Counted from the first letter of the stretch, positions 1 through 10,175 are shown. The stretch: 64,000 nucleotides of DNA from Bacilli bacterium (GCA_900755065.1 CAAEFC010000012.1:198-64197); one strand, 5' to 3'. Translations and numbers: made by a program. Notes: a model not told the origin generated them from the sequence alone.

Positions 1-456
1 GATGTTCGGCAAAAAGAAAATAAAGCGGAACACATTGGCAAACGGCATCTTTTTCGAGAGAAAATATGAGCAGATCAGCGCCAGAGGAAGGCTGATGAAG
101 ATCGTGATCGCCCCGTAGCCGATCGAGTTGATCAGAATCATCAGATTGTTCGGAATCCGAACGCCGTTGGACAGAGTGACCGAACCTAAATCGGCATTGA
201 AGATCCGTCGGATCACGTAAACGAAATTGTCGAATCCGGCGAATGATTTCGTTCCTTCGATGGAAACGTGCTGAAACGCGAGAATCAGCGAATACGAATT
301 GACGAAAATCCAGGTCAGCAGGAACTGCAAAACCGGATAAGCCAGAAGCACGACGATAAAGATGATTTCTTTCTTTCGCTTCTTGCTGATTTTTTTCTTC
401 TTTTTCGGCTGTTCGGTCTCTTCTCCGACCGTTTCCGGAATCAAAGTTTCTTCCAT
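1..456 (-). CDS. Sugar ABC transporter permease (MalF/LplB-type), N-terminal part; the gene runs off the left edge
   Basis: Not in the ORF track because it is open at the edge. Manual reverse translation from ATG 456-454 gives MEETLIPETVGEETEQPKKKKKISKKRKKEIIFIVVLLAYPVLQFLLTWIFVNSYSLILAF...FRFIFFLPNI. RBS AAAGGAGA lies 6 nt upstream. A basic N-terminus followed by TM helices is typical of carbohydrate ABC permeases. Confidence 0.7.
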   Translation of the reverse strand, partial: MEETLIPETVGEETEQPKKKKKISKKRKKEIIFIVVLLAYPVLQFLLTWIFVNSYSLILAFQHVSIEGTKSFAGFDNFVYVIRRIFNADLGSVTLSNGVRIPNNLMILINSIGYGAITIFISLPLALICSYFLSKKMPFANVFRFIFFLPNI

Positions 457-470
457 AACCTGTCTCCTTT

Positions 471-1853
471 CTACTTCTGATACAGCGCGATGTCGTCGAC
501 GAAGAGCGAATTCCCTTCCGAAGACTGAATCTGAATCCGCATTTGTTGCGAATTTTCAGGCGCGGTCAGTTCCAGTTCGTATTTTCGGTACGCTTCGGAA
601 TCGACGTCGATTTCATACGATCCAAGCACTTCCGTCGTCATCGTCGCATAGTAATTGACGACGATTTTTCCCTTTCCTTTCGCCATGAGAGAGAGATTGT
701 GAGCAAAGGAAGAATACACGCCGTCGATCGTCTGCCGAACCACGCCGCCGTCCTTGACTACGAGGGCTTTGGAAGCGTCGGTTCCCTCGTTTTCCGCGAG
801 ATAACAGACCTGATCGACTTCCTGATCCTCATAGATGAAACGATTGAACGTCCACCCGCTTAAATCGACCTGAGAAGTCTCGAATTCAAAATCGCCGTTG
901 GCGATCTTGTTGACTGTCGGAACGACGACCGGCTTGGTCGGATAGAAATTCTCGCCGGCGACGCCGTTGACTTCCGGAACGAATTCCTCATATTCCTGAT
1001 TGAGGAAAGGAATGTACTGAATATAATCCACCAGCATCTGATCGGTTTCAAAATCGGCCGAACCGACGAACGACGACGATACCGGGAACCAGTTGCCCAC
1101 CCAAAGGCGGCTGGCTTTATAAGGAACGAAAAAGTCGGCGACCGCCGTCACCTTGTCGTCGATGAAATAGACCACTTTCTCCGGATCGGTGTACCAGTCA
1201 AACCCGAACGTATGCCACCGTCCGTCATTGAGAAAAGTCTCTTCCTCGCCGAGCAATTCGGATACTTTGACGTCCTGCGAAATCTTGTTCGACTCGGTCT
1301 GATAGTTGGTATTCAATACGTTCTCGAACGATATCAGTCCCTTCTGGCTTCCGCCCGGAAGTTCGATGTCGATTTCGTGGTTGGAATTGTCGGAATGATC
1401 GTAAGCGAACGTCCAGAAAGCGCTGCAAGCGCCCAGACGCGGATTGACCTTCATCCGGATCTCGTAATGACCCGGTCCGACGGTGAATTTGGAGATCAGC
1501 GCCGCGCCGGTCAAACGACCGTCCTTGACATCTCCGACGCCTTTGACTTCGCCATCGAGATAATAGTTGCCGTTTCCCTTTAAAATCAGAATGCCGTCGT
1601 CGGAATATGCGACGTTTTTCGCCACGACTCCTCCGTTTCCGCCTCCCCACGCCTGTTCGGCGATATACCAGGAAGAAGCGTCCACGCCGCTTGAAAAGTC
1701 ATCGAAAAACAAATGATCGTAATCGAGTTCGATGTCGGAAAGATAGGCGAGATCGTCCCCCACTTCCAGATTTTCGACCTTTTTCACGCCGTTCGAGCAG
1801 GAAAATAACAATAAACTGAAAATCAAGATTGGACATAAACGCTTGTTCCGCAT
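471..1853 (-). CDS. Glycoside hydrolase family 16 (beta-glucanase/laminarinase-like) lipoprotein with a C-terminal CBM4/9-like module
   Basis: ORF track, 460 aa. Lipoprotein signal MRNKRLCPILIFSLLLFSC. GH16 catalytic ExDxxE motif in NHEIDIELPGG. The C-terminal NGDFEFE...GW... segment resembles a CBM4/9 module. Confidence 0.8.
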   Translation of the reverse strand: MRNKRLCPILIFSLLLFSCSNGVKKVENLEVGDDLAYLSDIELDYDHLFFDDFSSGVDASSWYIAEQAWGGGNGGVVAKNVAYSDDGILILKGNGNYYLDGEVKGVGDVKDGRLTGAALISKFTVGPGHYEIRMKVNPRLGACSAFWTFAYDHSDNSNHEIDIELPGGSQKGLISFENVLNTNYQTESNKISQDVKVSELLGEEETFLNDGRWHTFGFDWYTDPEKVVYFIDDKVTAVADFFVPYKASRLWVGNWFPVSSSFVGSADFETDQMLVDYIQYIPFLNQEYEEFVPEVNGVAGENFYPTKPVVVPTVNKIANGDFEFETSQVDLSGWTFNRFIYEDQEVDQVCYLAENEGTDASKALVVKDGGVVRQTIDGVYSSFAHNLSLMAKGKGKIVVNYYATMTTEVLGSYEIDVDSEAYRKYELELTAPENSQQMRIQIQSSEGNSLFVDDIALYQK

Positions 1854-1957
1854 AAAAATAATCTCCTAGTCTTATAGTTTCATCATACCATACCGACCGA
1901 TAAAATCAATGTTTTTTTCATAAAGTTAAAAAAATATGTAAGCGGTTTAAATATCTG

Positions 1958-1987
1958 TTGACAAATCTAAATCCTTATACTTATAAT
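1958..1987 (+). promoter_or_regulatory. Sigma-A type promoter for the SBP gene
   Basis: TTGACA (1958-1963), 18-nt spacer, TATAAT (1982-1987), about 48 nt upstream of ATG 2035. RBS AGGAGGG precedes the start. Confidence 0.55.
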
Positions 1988-2034
1988 AAGGTCGTAACAA
2001 TTATTTAACTTTGTTAATTTTATAGGAGGGCGCT

Positions 2035-3447
2035 ATGAAAAATTCGTTGAAGATGCTGACGGTTTCAGTTCTGTCGCTTTTGATCTTACCTCACCTTTCT
2101 TCCTGCGGCGGTTCCGGCGCAGACGATAATACGTTACGAATTCTGGTGAAAGACGCCGATTTCGGAAGCGAATGGATCGAGAAGATCGCCGATGACTTCA
2201 TCGCCGATCACCCGGACATCAAAGTCGAAATCACGGCGCAATACGACATCAACTCGCTGATCGACTACAACCTCAATTCCAAAAACAATCAGGACGATCT
2301 TTACATTTCGGTCGGCGATCGGTGGAAATCCTACGCCGCCAGCGGAAAACTCGCTTCCCTCGACGATCTGATCGAGGAAGAAGTCGACGGCGTCAAAGTC
2401 AAGGATAAAGTCTCGGAAGAATTTCAGAGTTCGATTTACTTTACGCGCGCCAACGGAGACGTTCATTCTTACCGTCTTCCTTGGACTTCCGGCGTGGGGG
2501 GCATCTTCTACAATAAGAAAATGTTCGCCGAAAACGGCTGGGAAGTGCCGACGACCTTTGAAGAATTGCTCGCTCTCTGCGAGACGATCAACGCGGCACG
2601 GGTTCCCGTTTCTTCCGATCCGAACGAAACCGATGCGGTCAAACCGTTCGCGTACACGGGAAGCAACACCGATTACTTCGACTACACCGTCTTCTCCTGG
2701 TGGGCGCAGATCGTCGGAAAAGACGCGATCAACGAATTCCTGAAATACGAAAGCGCGGACATCTTCGACGTTTCGAAGAATCCGACGTACGCCGGGTTAA
2801 AAACCGCGACTGAATACTGGAATCAACTCTTTACCAGTGAAAACTACATTGCCGGAAGCCAATCCAAAGACGCCGCGACCGCGCAGAAAGAGTTTTTGAA
2901 CGGATACTCTGCAATGATGCTCAACGGAGACTGGCTGTACAACGCCATTCTCAATTACGGTTCTTCTTCTTCCTCGCAGTTTGAACTGGGAATCATGAAA
3001 ACGCCGGTCGTCGCCGAAGCCAATCCGGAATACGTCAATAGTACCTTCGTTACCGGAGAAGATCAGTTCATCGCGATTCCGGCTTCGTCCAAACATCAGG
3101 ATTTAGCCAAAGAATTCATCAAATACATCATCTCCGACGACGGTTGCAAAACCTTTTTGAGCGAAGCCAACGGCTTTCTCGCGTACGACTGCTCCTATGA
3201 AGACCTGAACCTTTCGGAAGGATTTATCCGGGATATGATCGATCTGAGAGAAACCTATACGGACAAGTTCACCAGTTTCTCTTCCAGCCGGATTTATCTC
3301 TGCAACACGATCAACATTTGGAGTTCGTCCGCGAACCGTCCTTATCTCAATTTACTCAACAACTCCACGACTATCGACAGATCGTTCCAGACGATAGCCA
3401 GTTACGCCAGCGCTTCGTGGGCGGATTGGCTCAACAACACTCGATAA
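2035..3447 (+). CDS. Extracellular solute-binding lipoprotein of a carbohydrate ABC transporter
   Basis: ORF track, 470 aa. Lipobox LSSCGGSG. Overall family-1 sugar SBP pattern (WTSGVGGIFYNKKMF, GDWLYN). Confidence 0.8.
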   Translation: MKNSLKMLTVSVLSLLILPHLSSCGGSGADDNTLRILVKDADFGSEWIEKIADDFIADHPDIKVEITAQYDINSLIDYNLNSKNNQDDLYISVGDRWKSYAASGKLASLDDLIEEEVDGVKVKDKVSEEFQSSIYFTRANGDVHSYRLPWTSGVGGIFYNKKMFAENGWEVPTTFEELLALCETINAARVPVSSDPNETDAVKPFAYTGSNTDYFDYTVFSWWAQIVGKDAINEFLKYESADIFDVSKNPTYAGLKTATEYWNQLFTSENYIAGSQSKDAATAQKEFLNGYSAMMLNGDWLYNAILNYGSSSSSQFELGIMKTPVVAEANPEYVNSTFVTGEDQFIAIPASSKHQDLAKEFIKYIISDDGCKTFLSEANGFLAYDCSYEDLNLSEGFIRDMIDLRETYTDKFTSFSSSRIYLCNTINIWSSSANRPYLNLLNNSTTIDRSFQTIASYASASWADWLNNTR

Positions 3448-3501
3448 AATCGGCCGTTATTAACCCCTTTTAACATAGCGGCGGTTTTATACCCTTCAAA
3501 A

Positions 3502-3524
3502 AGAGACCTCCTTGCGAGGTCTCT
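3502..3524. terminator. Bidirectional stem-loop between convergent genes
   Basis: AGAGACCTC-cttgc-GAGGTCTCT perfect 9-bp stem, flanked by an A-run and T-rich sequence, between stop 3447 (+) and stop 3530 (-). Confidence 0.6.
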
Positions 3525-3529
3525 TTCCT

Positions 3530-4774
3530 TTATGCTTTTTCTTTTAAATCCAGTCCGGCGCAGAAACCCGTCGACAGGGCGATCTGAATATTGAACCCGC
3601 CGGTATACGCGTCGACGTCCAACGTCTCGCCGACGAAATACAGATTCGGGACTTTGCGCGATTCCATCGTGCGCGGCTGAATTTCCCCGACCGACACGCC
3701 GCCGGAAGTAACGATGGCTCTTTCAAAGCCGTCCGTGCCGTCATAATCCCACCGGTAATGCTTCAAAGAATGAACGAGTCGGGAAATTCCCTCTTCGTTC
3801 ACCGACGAAACCGCCGATCGGCTGTCCAGAAACGACGCGCGGGCGATCCATTCGATCAATCCTTCCGGAACCAGCCCTCTCAGAAGATAAAAAACAGTCG
3901 CGTTCTTCCGCGTCTTCATCTTATCGAGATCCCGATGAATCCGCCTCTTCAACGTTTCTTCGTCCAGAGAAGGCTTCAAATCGAGTTCCAGCGCCAGCGA
4001 AATCTTTTCCGTCCGGTTGATCCGACTCGATATCGTCAGGGCGATCGGACCGCCCAAAGCATTCTTCTGCAACAGCAATTCGCCGAATTCTTCCGTCCGC
4101 ACTTTCCCGCTTTCTTTGTCGATCGCTTTCAAGCGCACGTTTTTCAGCGTGATTTCGCGCGCCTTTTCAGGCAAAGACTCCCTGATCCTCAACGGAACTA
4201 ACGCCGGAACCGGCGTTACGATATCCAATCCGAACGAACGGGCGAACCGATAACCGTCTCCCGTCGAACCGGTCAAAGGATACGATTTTCCGCCCGAAGC
4301 GATCACGACGGCGTCTAAATCGTATTCCGAGCGGTCCGTCTTGATCCGGAATCCCCCGTCGGTTTTTTCGATACTCTCCGCGCTTTCGCGATAGAAAAAA
4401 CGGACTCCGTTCTTTTCGCAAAGCCTGACCATCGCCCGGGTGATGTCCGAAGCGCGGGAAGAAGCCGGAAAAACGCGATTCCCTCTCTCGGTTACGAGAT
4501 CCACCCCGTTTTCTTCAAAAAACGCGATCGTATCCTGAGAAGAAAAGCGGTGAATCGCCGAATACAGAAATTTGGGATTGCGGACGACATTTGCGATAAA
4601 CTCCCTTTCCGAACAGCGGTTCGTTACATTGCATCTGCCCTTCCCGGTAATGTAGATTTTCTTCCCGGCCTTCTCGTTTTTTTCGATCAGGAAAACCCGA
4701 TGATCCGGATTTTCCGCCGCTTTCAGCGCGCACATCAATCCGGAAGGTCCTCCTCCGACAATGCCAATCCTCAT
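3530..4774 (-). CDS. NAD(P)/FAD-dependent oxidoreductase, HI0933/BaiN-like flavoprotein
   Basis: ORF track, 414 aa. N-terminal dinucleotide fold MRIGIVGGGPSGLMCA, then ITGKGRCNVTN typical of the HI0933-like family. Confidence 0.8.
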   Translation of the reverse strand: MRIGIVGGGPSGLMCALKAAENPDHRVFLIEKNEKAGKKIYITGKGRCNVTNRCSEREFIANVVRNPKFLYSAIHRFSSQDTIAFFEENGVDLVTERGNRVFPASSRASDITRAMVRLCEKNGVRFFYRESAESIEKTDGGFRIKTDRSEYDLDAVVIASGGKSYPLTGSTGDGYRFARSFGLDIVTPVPALVPLRIRESLPEKAREITLKNVRLKAIDKESGKVRTEEFGELLLQKNALGGPIALTISSRINRTEKISLALELDLKPSLDEETLKRRIHRDLDKMKTRKNATVFYLLRGLVPEGLIEWIARASFLDSRSAVSSVNEEGISRLVHSLKHYRWDYDGTDGFERAIVTSGGVSVGEIQPRTMESRKVPNLYFVGETLDVDAYTGGFNIQIALSTGFCAGLDLKEKA

Positions 4775-4943
4775 TCGGCGTGCCCTCCTTCTTCCTTCTA
4801 AACGGAATTTCTTTTCCGTTTATTGATTATACCGCATTTCCCCGTGCAAAGAAACGATGAATCCGTCGCCATATCGCAAAATGCGATTGAAAAAACGCAA
4901 TTCGGATATTATAATGTGTTCAGATAAACAAGGAGGAAAGTTT

Positions 4944-5138
4944 ATGGCAAAGAAATGCAGCGTCAATAAGGACCTGTGCATCGGATGCGGGTTATGCACC
5001 AGCATTGCACCGGATGTACTCGCGATCGGCGACGACGGTTTAGCGGAAGCGATCGTTTCGGACGTTCCGGCCGACAGCGAAAGCGCCGTGGAAGAAGCGG
5101 CGGCGTCCTGCCCGGTTCAGGCAATCGTTGTAGAATAA
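4944..5138 (+). CDS. Small [4Fe-4S] ferredoxin
   Basis: MAKKCSVNKDLCIGCGLCTSIAPD...AASCPVQAIVVE (CxxCxxC...CP). AGGAGGA RBS lies 6 nt before ATG 4944. The ORF-track start at 4857 has no RBS. Confidence 0.8.
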   Translation: MAKKCSVNKDLCIGCGLCTSIAPDVLAIGDDGLAEAIVSDVPADSESAVEEAAASCPVQAIVVE

Positions 5139-5152
5139 ATATCAACGGCGGA

Positions 5153-5177
5153 GGCGTATTCGTTACGCCTTTTTTTT
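5153..5177 (+). terminator. Rho-independent terminator after the ferredoxin gene
   Basis: GGCGTA-ttcgt-TACGCC followed by T8. Confidence 0.65.
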
Positions 5178-5210
5178 GACTTTTCTTTCGCTTATCGGGA
5201 GGTACTATCC

Positions 5211-6371
5211 ATGAAAAAAACGATCAAAATCTCTCTCATCGTTCTCGTCTCGCTCGTCGGAGCGGCCGTTTTGAGCGTCGGAGGCTATCTCGGCTATATC
5301 GTCCTCAGTTACTATCGGATCGGCGATGCTCCGTTAGAAATCGAAAGCCGCGCGGATTCGGATCGGGTCAAAACCGGAACGACGTATTCGATCTCCACCT
5401 ACAACATCGGTTTCTCAGCCTATTCGCAGGATTTTACGTTCTTCATGGACACCGGCTACGACAGCGAAGGAAAAGCCACCTGCGGTCATTTTTCCAAAGC
5501 CAAAAGCAAAAAAGAAGCGGAGTTCAACCTTTCGGGTGCGATCGAAACCTTGCAGAAACTCGACGCGGATTTCATCTTATTGCAGGAAGTCGACGTCGAT
5601 TCGACGCGGTCTTTCCACATCGATCAGGATCAGCGCATCAGCGATTCGTTTCCGCGTTACGATCACGTTTTCGCGCTGAATTTCCATACCGCCTATCTTC
5701 CGTATCCGCTTTATGACATGCACGGCAGCGTCCGCGCGGGGCTGTCCACGCTTTCCAGGTACACGATCCGAAGCGCCGAAAGGAAGGAGTATACCGTCAG
5801 TACTTCGCTCTCCAAATTTTTCGACCTGGATCGCTGTTTCAGCGTCTCCTCCGTCTCCTGCGAAAACGGAAAAACGCTTTACATCGTCAATTCTCATATG
5901 TCGGCATACGACGAAAACGGCGTAATCCGAAAAAAACAGATGGAAGAACTGAACGATTTCCTGAAACAATGCCGCGATCAGGGCGATTATGTCATTGTCG
6001 GCGGAGATTTCAACCACGACTTGCTGACTTATAATCCGGAATACGGTTACGACGAAGAAAACCGTCCGTTTTCCATGAGCAAAAAAACGCCCGACTGGGT
6101 TTCCTACTTCTTTTCCGAAGACGGCTCCTCTCCGTTGACGGAAGGATACAAAGTCGTCGCCGACGATTCTCTTCCGACCTGCCGGAACAACGATATCGAA
6201 TGGATTCCGGAAGAAACGTACGTCTGCACCGTCGACGGCTTCATCGTATCCGAAAACATCGATGTTTCGCTTCGGCGAAACGTCGCCACGAACGGCGGAA
6301 ACAAGGGGCTGGACGGATTCGCCTATTCCGATCATCAGCCGGTTTATCTGGAATTCTCTTTGAAAGCATAA
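5211..6371 (+). CDS. Endonuclease/exonuclease/phosphatase (EEP) family protein with an N-terminal membrane anchor
   Basis: ORF track, 386 aa. TM helix ISLIVLVSLVGAAVLSVGGYLGYIVL. EEP motifs LLQEVD, GGDFNHD and SDHQPV. Confidence 0.8.
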   Translation: MKKTIKISLIVLVSLVGAAVLSVGGYLGYIVLSYYRIGDAPLEIESRADSDRVKTGTTYSISTYNIGFSAYSQDFTFFMDTGYDSEGKATCGHFSKAKSKKEAEFNLSGAIETLQKLDADFILLQEVDVDSTRSFHIDQDQRISDSFPRYDHVFALNFHTAYLPYPLYDMHGSVRAGLSTLSRYTIRSAERKEYTVSTSLSKFFDLDRCFSVSSVSCENGKTLYIVNSHMSAYDENGVIRKKQMEELNDFLKQCRDQGDYVIVGGDFNHDLLTYNPEYGYDEENRPFSMSKKTPDWVSYFFSEDGSSPLTEGYKVVADDSLPTCRNNDIEWIPEETYVCTVDGFIVSENIDVSLRRNVATNGGNKGLDGFAYSDHQPVYLEFSLKA

Positions 6372-6492
6372 ATCCTTCTCCGGTTTTTTCATCGGAAAAT
6401 TCGTTCTTTTCTCAGAAGCCGATGAAACGCATAAGCGCTTTTCGAATTGTCGAGAATGCCTATTCGCCCGAATGAAATCCAATCTTCCGGAT

Positions 6493-6915
6493 TTACTTCA
6501 CTCGCAGGACCATATCGACTTCGTGACAGTCGGGTTCGTCGACAACATCGGTTTCCTCAAAACCCGCTTTTTCGTAAAGACGCTTTGCCACTTCGTTTCC
6601 CCAGATATAGGTCGTGGAAATCTCTTTCGCGCCGTATTCCTCTTTCATATACGCGATCAGCCGATTTAAGGATTCGCGTCCGTATCCTCTGTTCTGAACC
6701 TCGCCGTCGATGGCGAAATCCCATAAAAACCAACCGTACGGATCGTACTTCCGGAGCATCGCAAATCCGATCAACTCCGATCCGTCGTAAATGTCTAACC
6801 CGATGTGATTCGCCTGTTTCAAAGCCTCTTTGATCTTTTCTTTTGAAGAAAGATATTTTTCCTGCCCGTCGATGAGTTGAATTTTCATCGAATCGGACCG
6901 TTCAAAGCGTATGTT
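6493..6915 (-). CDS. GNAT family N-acetyltransferase
   Basis: Motif A QNRGYGRESL. Start moved to MNIRFERSD (ATG 6915) because GGAGG lies 8 nt upstream and the longer ORF would overlap the upstream gene. Confidence 0.75.
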   Translation of the reverse strand, partial: NIRFERSDSMKIQLIDGQEKYLSSKEKIKEALKQANHIGLDIYDGSELIGFAMLRKYDPYGWFLWDFAIDGEVQNRGYGRESLNRLIAYMKEEYGAKEISTTYIWGNEVAKRLYEKAGFEETDVVDEPDCHEVDMVLRVK

Positions 6916-6961
6916 CATCGCGAAGTCCTCCATTCGTCTTTTTGTCATCGCGGCAATCCGC

Positions 6962-7618
6962 TTAATTCCAATAGTCCTTACCGTGATTCGCGCCGATCTC
7001 AAAATGGTATTTGGCGATTCCCAGATCGATTTTCGTGTAAAAACCGAATCCGGCTTTCCGGTTCACCTTTCCGTTTTCGTACGTGAAACGAAACTTCTGC
7101 TGATTCATCGCCGTCGGTGCCAAAAGAGCCGCCTGAACGCCTTCCTTAAACCATTCCGGCGCCTCGCCGGGCGAGGCGACTTCCTCATAGGCTTTGCTCT
7201 TATGCGCTACGCCTTGATTCGCACCGTATCCGAGCGTCAGCACGCAATAGAGTTTTTCATCGCTTCTTACCGCGAACGCCGTTTTGATTTTTTTATAAGT
7301 CAAGGCCACCCAGCAGGAATTTAACCCCAATGTCTGGGCTTTCAATGCGATCTTTTCCCCGTAGTAACCGATCTTTTCGTCTGCATCTTTCTTGCCGACC
7401 AGCGCTACATAGTTTTTAACGCCGGAAAATTTTCCGTAATGCGCCATGAACCCGTCGAACGCTTTAGGTTCGTCGACAACGAGTTGGAGATGCAGATCGC
7501 CTTCTCTGTTGCATTCGTCGATCAGGACTTCCAGTTCTTCGCGCAGGTGATCCTCGATCGGCTTATCGAGGTAACTTCTTACCGAATGTCTTTCTTTTAT
7601 CGCCGTAAGTAAATCCAT
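6962..7618 (-). CDS. Nitroreductase family protein
   Basis: MDLLTAIKERHSVRSY... is a typical nitroreductase N-terminus. Start at ATG 7618 has an AAAGGAGA RBS. Confidence 0.8.
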   Translation of the reverse strand: MDLLTAIKERHSVRSYLDKPIEDHLREELEVLIDECNREGDLHLQLVVDEPKAFDGFMAHYGKFSGVKNYVALVGKKDADEKIGYYGEKIALKAQTLGLNSCWVALTYKKIKTAFAVRSDEKLYCVLTLGYGANQGVAHKSKAYEEVASPGEAPEWFKEGVQAALLAPTAMNQQKFRFTYENGKVNRKAGFGFYTKIDLGIAKYHFEIGANHGKDYWN

Positions 7619-7675
7619 TTTCCTATTCTCCTTTTCTTTTACGATTTGCTTTTTTCGCACATCTTTGCGCCTTTT

Positions 7676-8083
7676 TCATTGTAATATTTTTTTCAAAAGG
7701 CGAAATCCCGTACGGGTTTCTTCTTCGGTTAAGTTCTTCAACAGGGATTCGATCATCGCGCCGACGATCGCTTTTCTTTCTTCCAACGCTTTTTCCCCGT
7801 CATGGGTCAGAAGAACGATGACTTTTCTCGCATCGTTTTTTTCGCTTTCGCGGCGAATGTAATTCTTCTTTTCCAGCGTATTCAGGGCTCTTGCGATTCG
7901 CGCGGTCGAAACATTCATTCTCCTGGCCAATTCGCCGGGTACGACTGCTTTTTCGCTTTCCTTCAATATGCGCAAAATGACATACATTCCTTTGTATCCG
8001 CTGTCGAGCAAATCCATGAGTTCCCTCCATTTTTTCGTTTGACAAAGCACTCTCATTTCCTCTTGAATTGAAGAAGTATCCAC
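7676..8083 (-). CDS. MarR family transcriptional regulator
   Basis: Winged-HTH pattern ELARRMNVSTARIARALNTLEKKNYIRRE...D.R. GTG start at 8083 has AAGGAGG 6 nt upstream. It heads a MarR-nitroreductase-GNAT operon. Confidence 0.8.
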   Translation of the reverse strand: MDTSSIQEEMRVLCQTKKWRELMDLLDSGYKGMYVILRILKESEKAVVPGELARRMNVSTARIARALNTLEKKNYIRRESEKNDARKVIVLLTHDGEKALEERKAIVGAMIESLLKNLTEEETRTGFRLLKKILQ

Positions 8084-8170
8084 TGCACGCCTCCTTTCTC
8101 TAACCCTGTTAGCATTATAACGCGGATCTCTGCTTCTGTCAACCCGTTCATCGCGATGAGTGCGATCCGA

Positions 8171-8877
8171 TCAAGACTCCCGTTCAATATACTTACTTGC
8201 TTCTTTAATGCTTAACCGATTTATTTTATCTTTATATTTACGGATAAAATCCGCTACCCAAGCGGGATTTGTTTTTGAATAGTCTCTCAAATCCCAACCG
8301 ATTGCTTTATTGACAAAGAACTCATCGCTGCCAAAACTATTTAGGATAATCTGCTCCAATAATGGTGCGTCTGTTTGATCTTTCAAGCAAAGTTGATGCT
8401 CTATTGCCGCTCTTTTTTCCAGATATTTTTACTATTCGACCAATTTATCATCAACTCTTTTACTCTTGTATCCCGTAAACCGACATCTCCGATTACTTTA
8501 CAAAGAAAATCGATTGTATCCCACCAAGATTGATGAAGGATATCGTTTTCTATCTTTGGCATATCCTCGTAAAGGACATACTGCTTCATAGCAAGTAAAT
8601 AGTCATCAGCCAAATAGTGAAATTCTCTATGCGGATCTTCATAGCATTGATCTAAAAACTTCCAATCTATCGTTTTTGTTTTCTTTTCCGACCGTATCAA
8701 ATGATTATAAATTTCTTTTCTTTTCGGCGTGGGGAGCCCATAAAAATGAAACCTGTTTCTCATATACTTCGACATCGCAATCGCATTTTCTTGATCTTCG
8801 TTTGATTCAAATCTTTTTTTTAATTTCTGAATACTTATCCACCCTTTAACTCCCTTATTGAATTGTGCGAATTGCAT
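8171..8877 (-). pseudogene. AlkD-family DNA alkylation repair glycosylase, split by a frameshift in an A6 homopolymer
   Basis: ORFs 8401-8922 and 8171-8386 together match AlkD end to end, from memory of B. cereus AlkD: ...YM.N.F.F.G..TP.R... WWD..D ... NIW..RAAI...L ... FF..KAIGW.LR.Y.KTNP. Adding one A to the run at 8413-8418 restores WKKRAAIEHQLCLKDQTD. Confidence 0.8.
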
Positions 8878-9054
8878 ATCCGACAAAAGAATACAATGAA
8901 ACGCTCCATTATATCCCCTCACCCTTTTTGCCTAGTCCGGAATCAATTGGAACTGCTATTGACAAAAGGTACTTGAACGTGGAACAAAGACCTAAATCAG
9001 GACTATCCGAAAAGACTCCGTGAACATCTAACTGACAAAAGATTACTATTTTCT

Positions 9055-9612
9055 TTATATTGCAGAATCGCTCAATTGAATAATTCTGTTTTTAAAACCG
9101 TTATAATCCACGACATCTGGGTTAGAATAAAACAACATTGACTTTCTATGGTCCATAAAAACGAAAGTTCCGTCAACTAAAATGTAGAAATGAACAGTTG
9201 CATCATTCTTTTCCGTATTAGAATTTATATATTTATAAGAAACTTCAACATCTATACCATTGAAAATCTTTATCATGAAATCTTCATATTCCGAACTTTC
9301 GCTACTTACGGCATCATTTAAAGGTATGGTATCAAATATCGAAATCAAATTGTATGTCTGCTTCCCACTAAAAGTGTAAACATTGCTGCTTGAACCATGA
9401 AGCGAAATAAATCCGCAATTTGGATTCATATAATCAAATGTCATACTAGAACTTAAATCAATTACATCCATATAATAAATTTGAGTCGAGTTGCTTGTAT
9501 CCTCCGTATTTTTTTCTTCACTTATTTGGTTATTTGCACAACTAACCCCTCCGAAACCAAAGAGAATCACCCCCAGCATCAATAATGATTTCATTGTTTT
9601 CTTTTTAAACAT
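9055..9612 (-). CDS. Hypothetical lipoprotein (AT-rich island)
   Basis: ORF track, 185 aa. Signal plus lipobox LMLGVILFGFGGVSC. No recognisable family. Confidence 0.55.
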   Translation of the reverse strand: MFKKKTMKSLLMLGVILFGFGGVSCANNQISEEKNTEDTSNSTQIYYMDVIDLSSSMTFDYMNPNCGFISLHGSSSNVYTFSGKQTYNLISIFDTIPLNDAVSSESSEYEDFMIKIFNGIDVEVSYKYINSNTEKNDATVHFYILVDGTFVFMDHRKSMLFYSNPDVVDYNGFKNRIIQLSDSAI

Positions 9613-9832
9613 ATGACAAATGTCCCCCTATTTTCATTATATAAAATTGAAGTCAAACTTCCAGCAATTTTTTTGCTGTTTTCATGCTACATTCTCCATG
9701 CAAATTAGATATTATCGATATTCCGTAAGCGTAAAAATAGCGCGCATTATTAAAAATAATTTTTTATTTGTTAGTTTTTTCTCATAACCATCAATGATAT
9801 TTTTGTAGTCTATCGTTAGATTGAAATTGATT

Positions 9833-10132
9833 TTATTTTTTATTTTGCAAATCTTTGCACGTATCCATAATGATTTCTTTTACTGATTCCCGATTATCGA
9901 TATCCTCTACTAAGTACATAGGTTTTGCGCCATCGTAAGGGATAGATTCTTGCATATTAAACTTTTTATTGCTCTTAACGATTTTAACAAGTAACCTATT
10001 ATCATAGATGCCTCCGAATAAAACGCCATGATAATAAAGCAAATATTCGCCCATCATGAATTTACACATTATATTATCCAATAAACTGAGTTGCTCTAAT
10101 ACAAAATCTTTATATTCTTTCGTTGTAGCCAT
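9833..10132 (-). CDS. TfoX N-terminal domain protein
   Basis: MATTKEYKDFVLEQL...MMGEYLLYYHGVLFGGIYDNRLLVK matches the TfoX_N pattern. Start chosen at ATG 10132. Confidence 0.6.
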   Translation of the reverse strand: MATTKEYKDFVLEQLSLLDNIMCKFMMGEYLLYYHGVLFGGIYDNRLLVKIVKSNKKFNMQESIPYDGAKPMYLVEDIDNRESVKEIIMDTCKDLQNKK

Positions 10133-10175
10133 AGTATTGTCTCTCCCCCACACTTTTTTTAAAACGAAATCCGAA

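Noticed and set aside
4857-4943. Upstream extension of the ferredoxin ORF (track start 4857)
   Set aside because: There is no RBS at 4857, and the extension is basic junk. A strong AGGAGGA lies 6 nt before ATG 4944, giving a normal 64-aa ferredoxin.
8084-8170. Searched the left island boundary for a direct repeat of the ssrA 3' end (att site)
   Set aside because: I found no convincing match to TGGTGGAGATGAGGAGAATCGAACTCC or its complement by eye. There is no integrase in the island, so classical ssrA-targeted integration is not supported. A computational alignment could still reveal a short att remnant.
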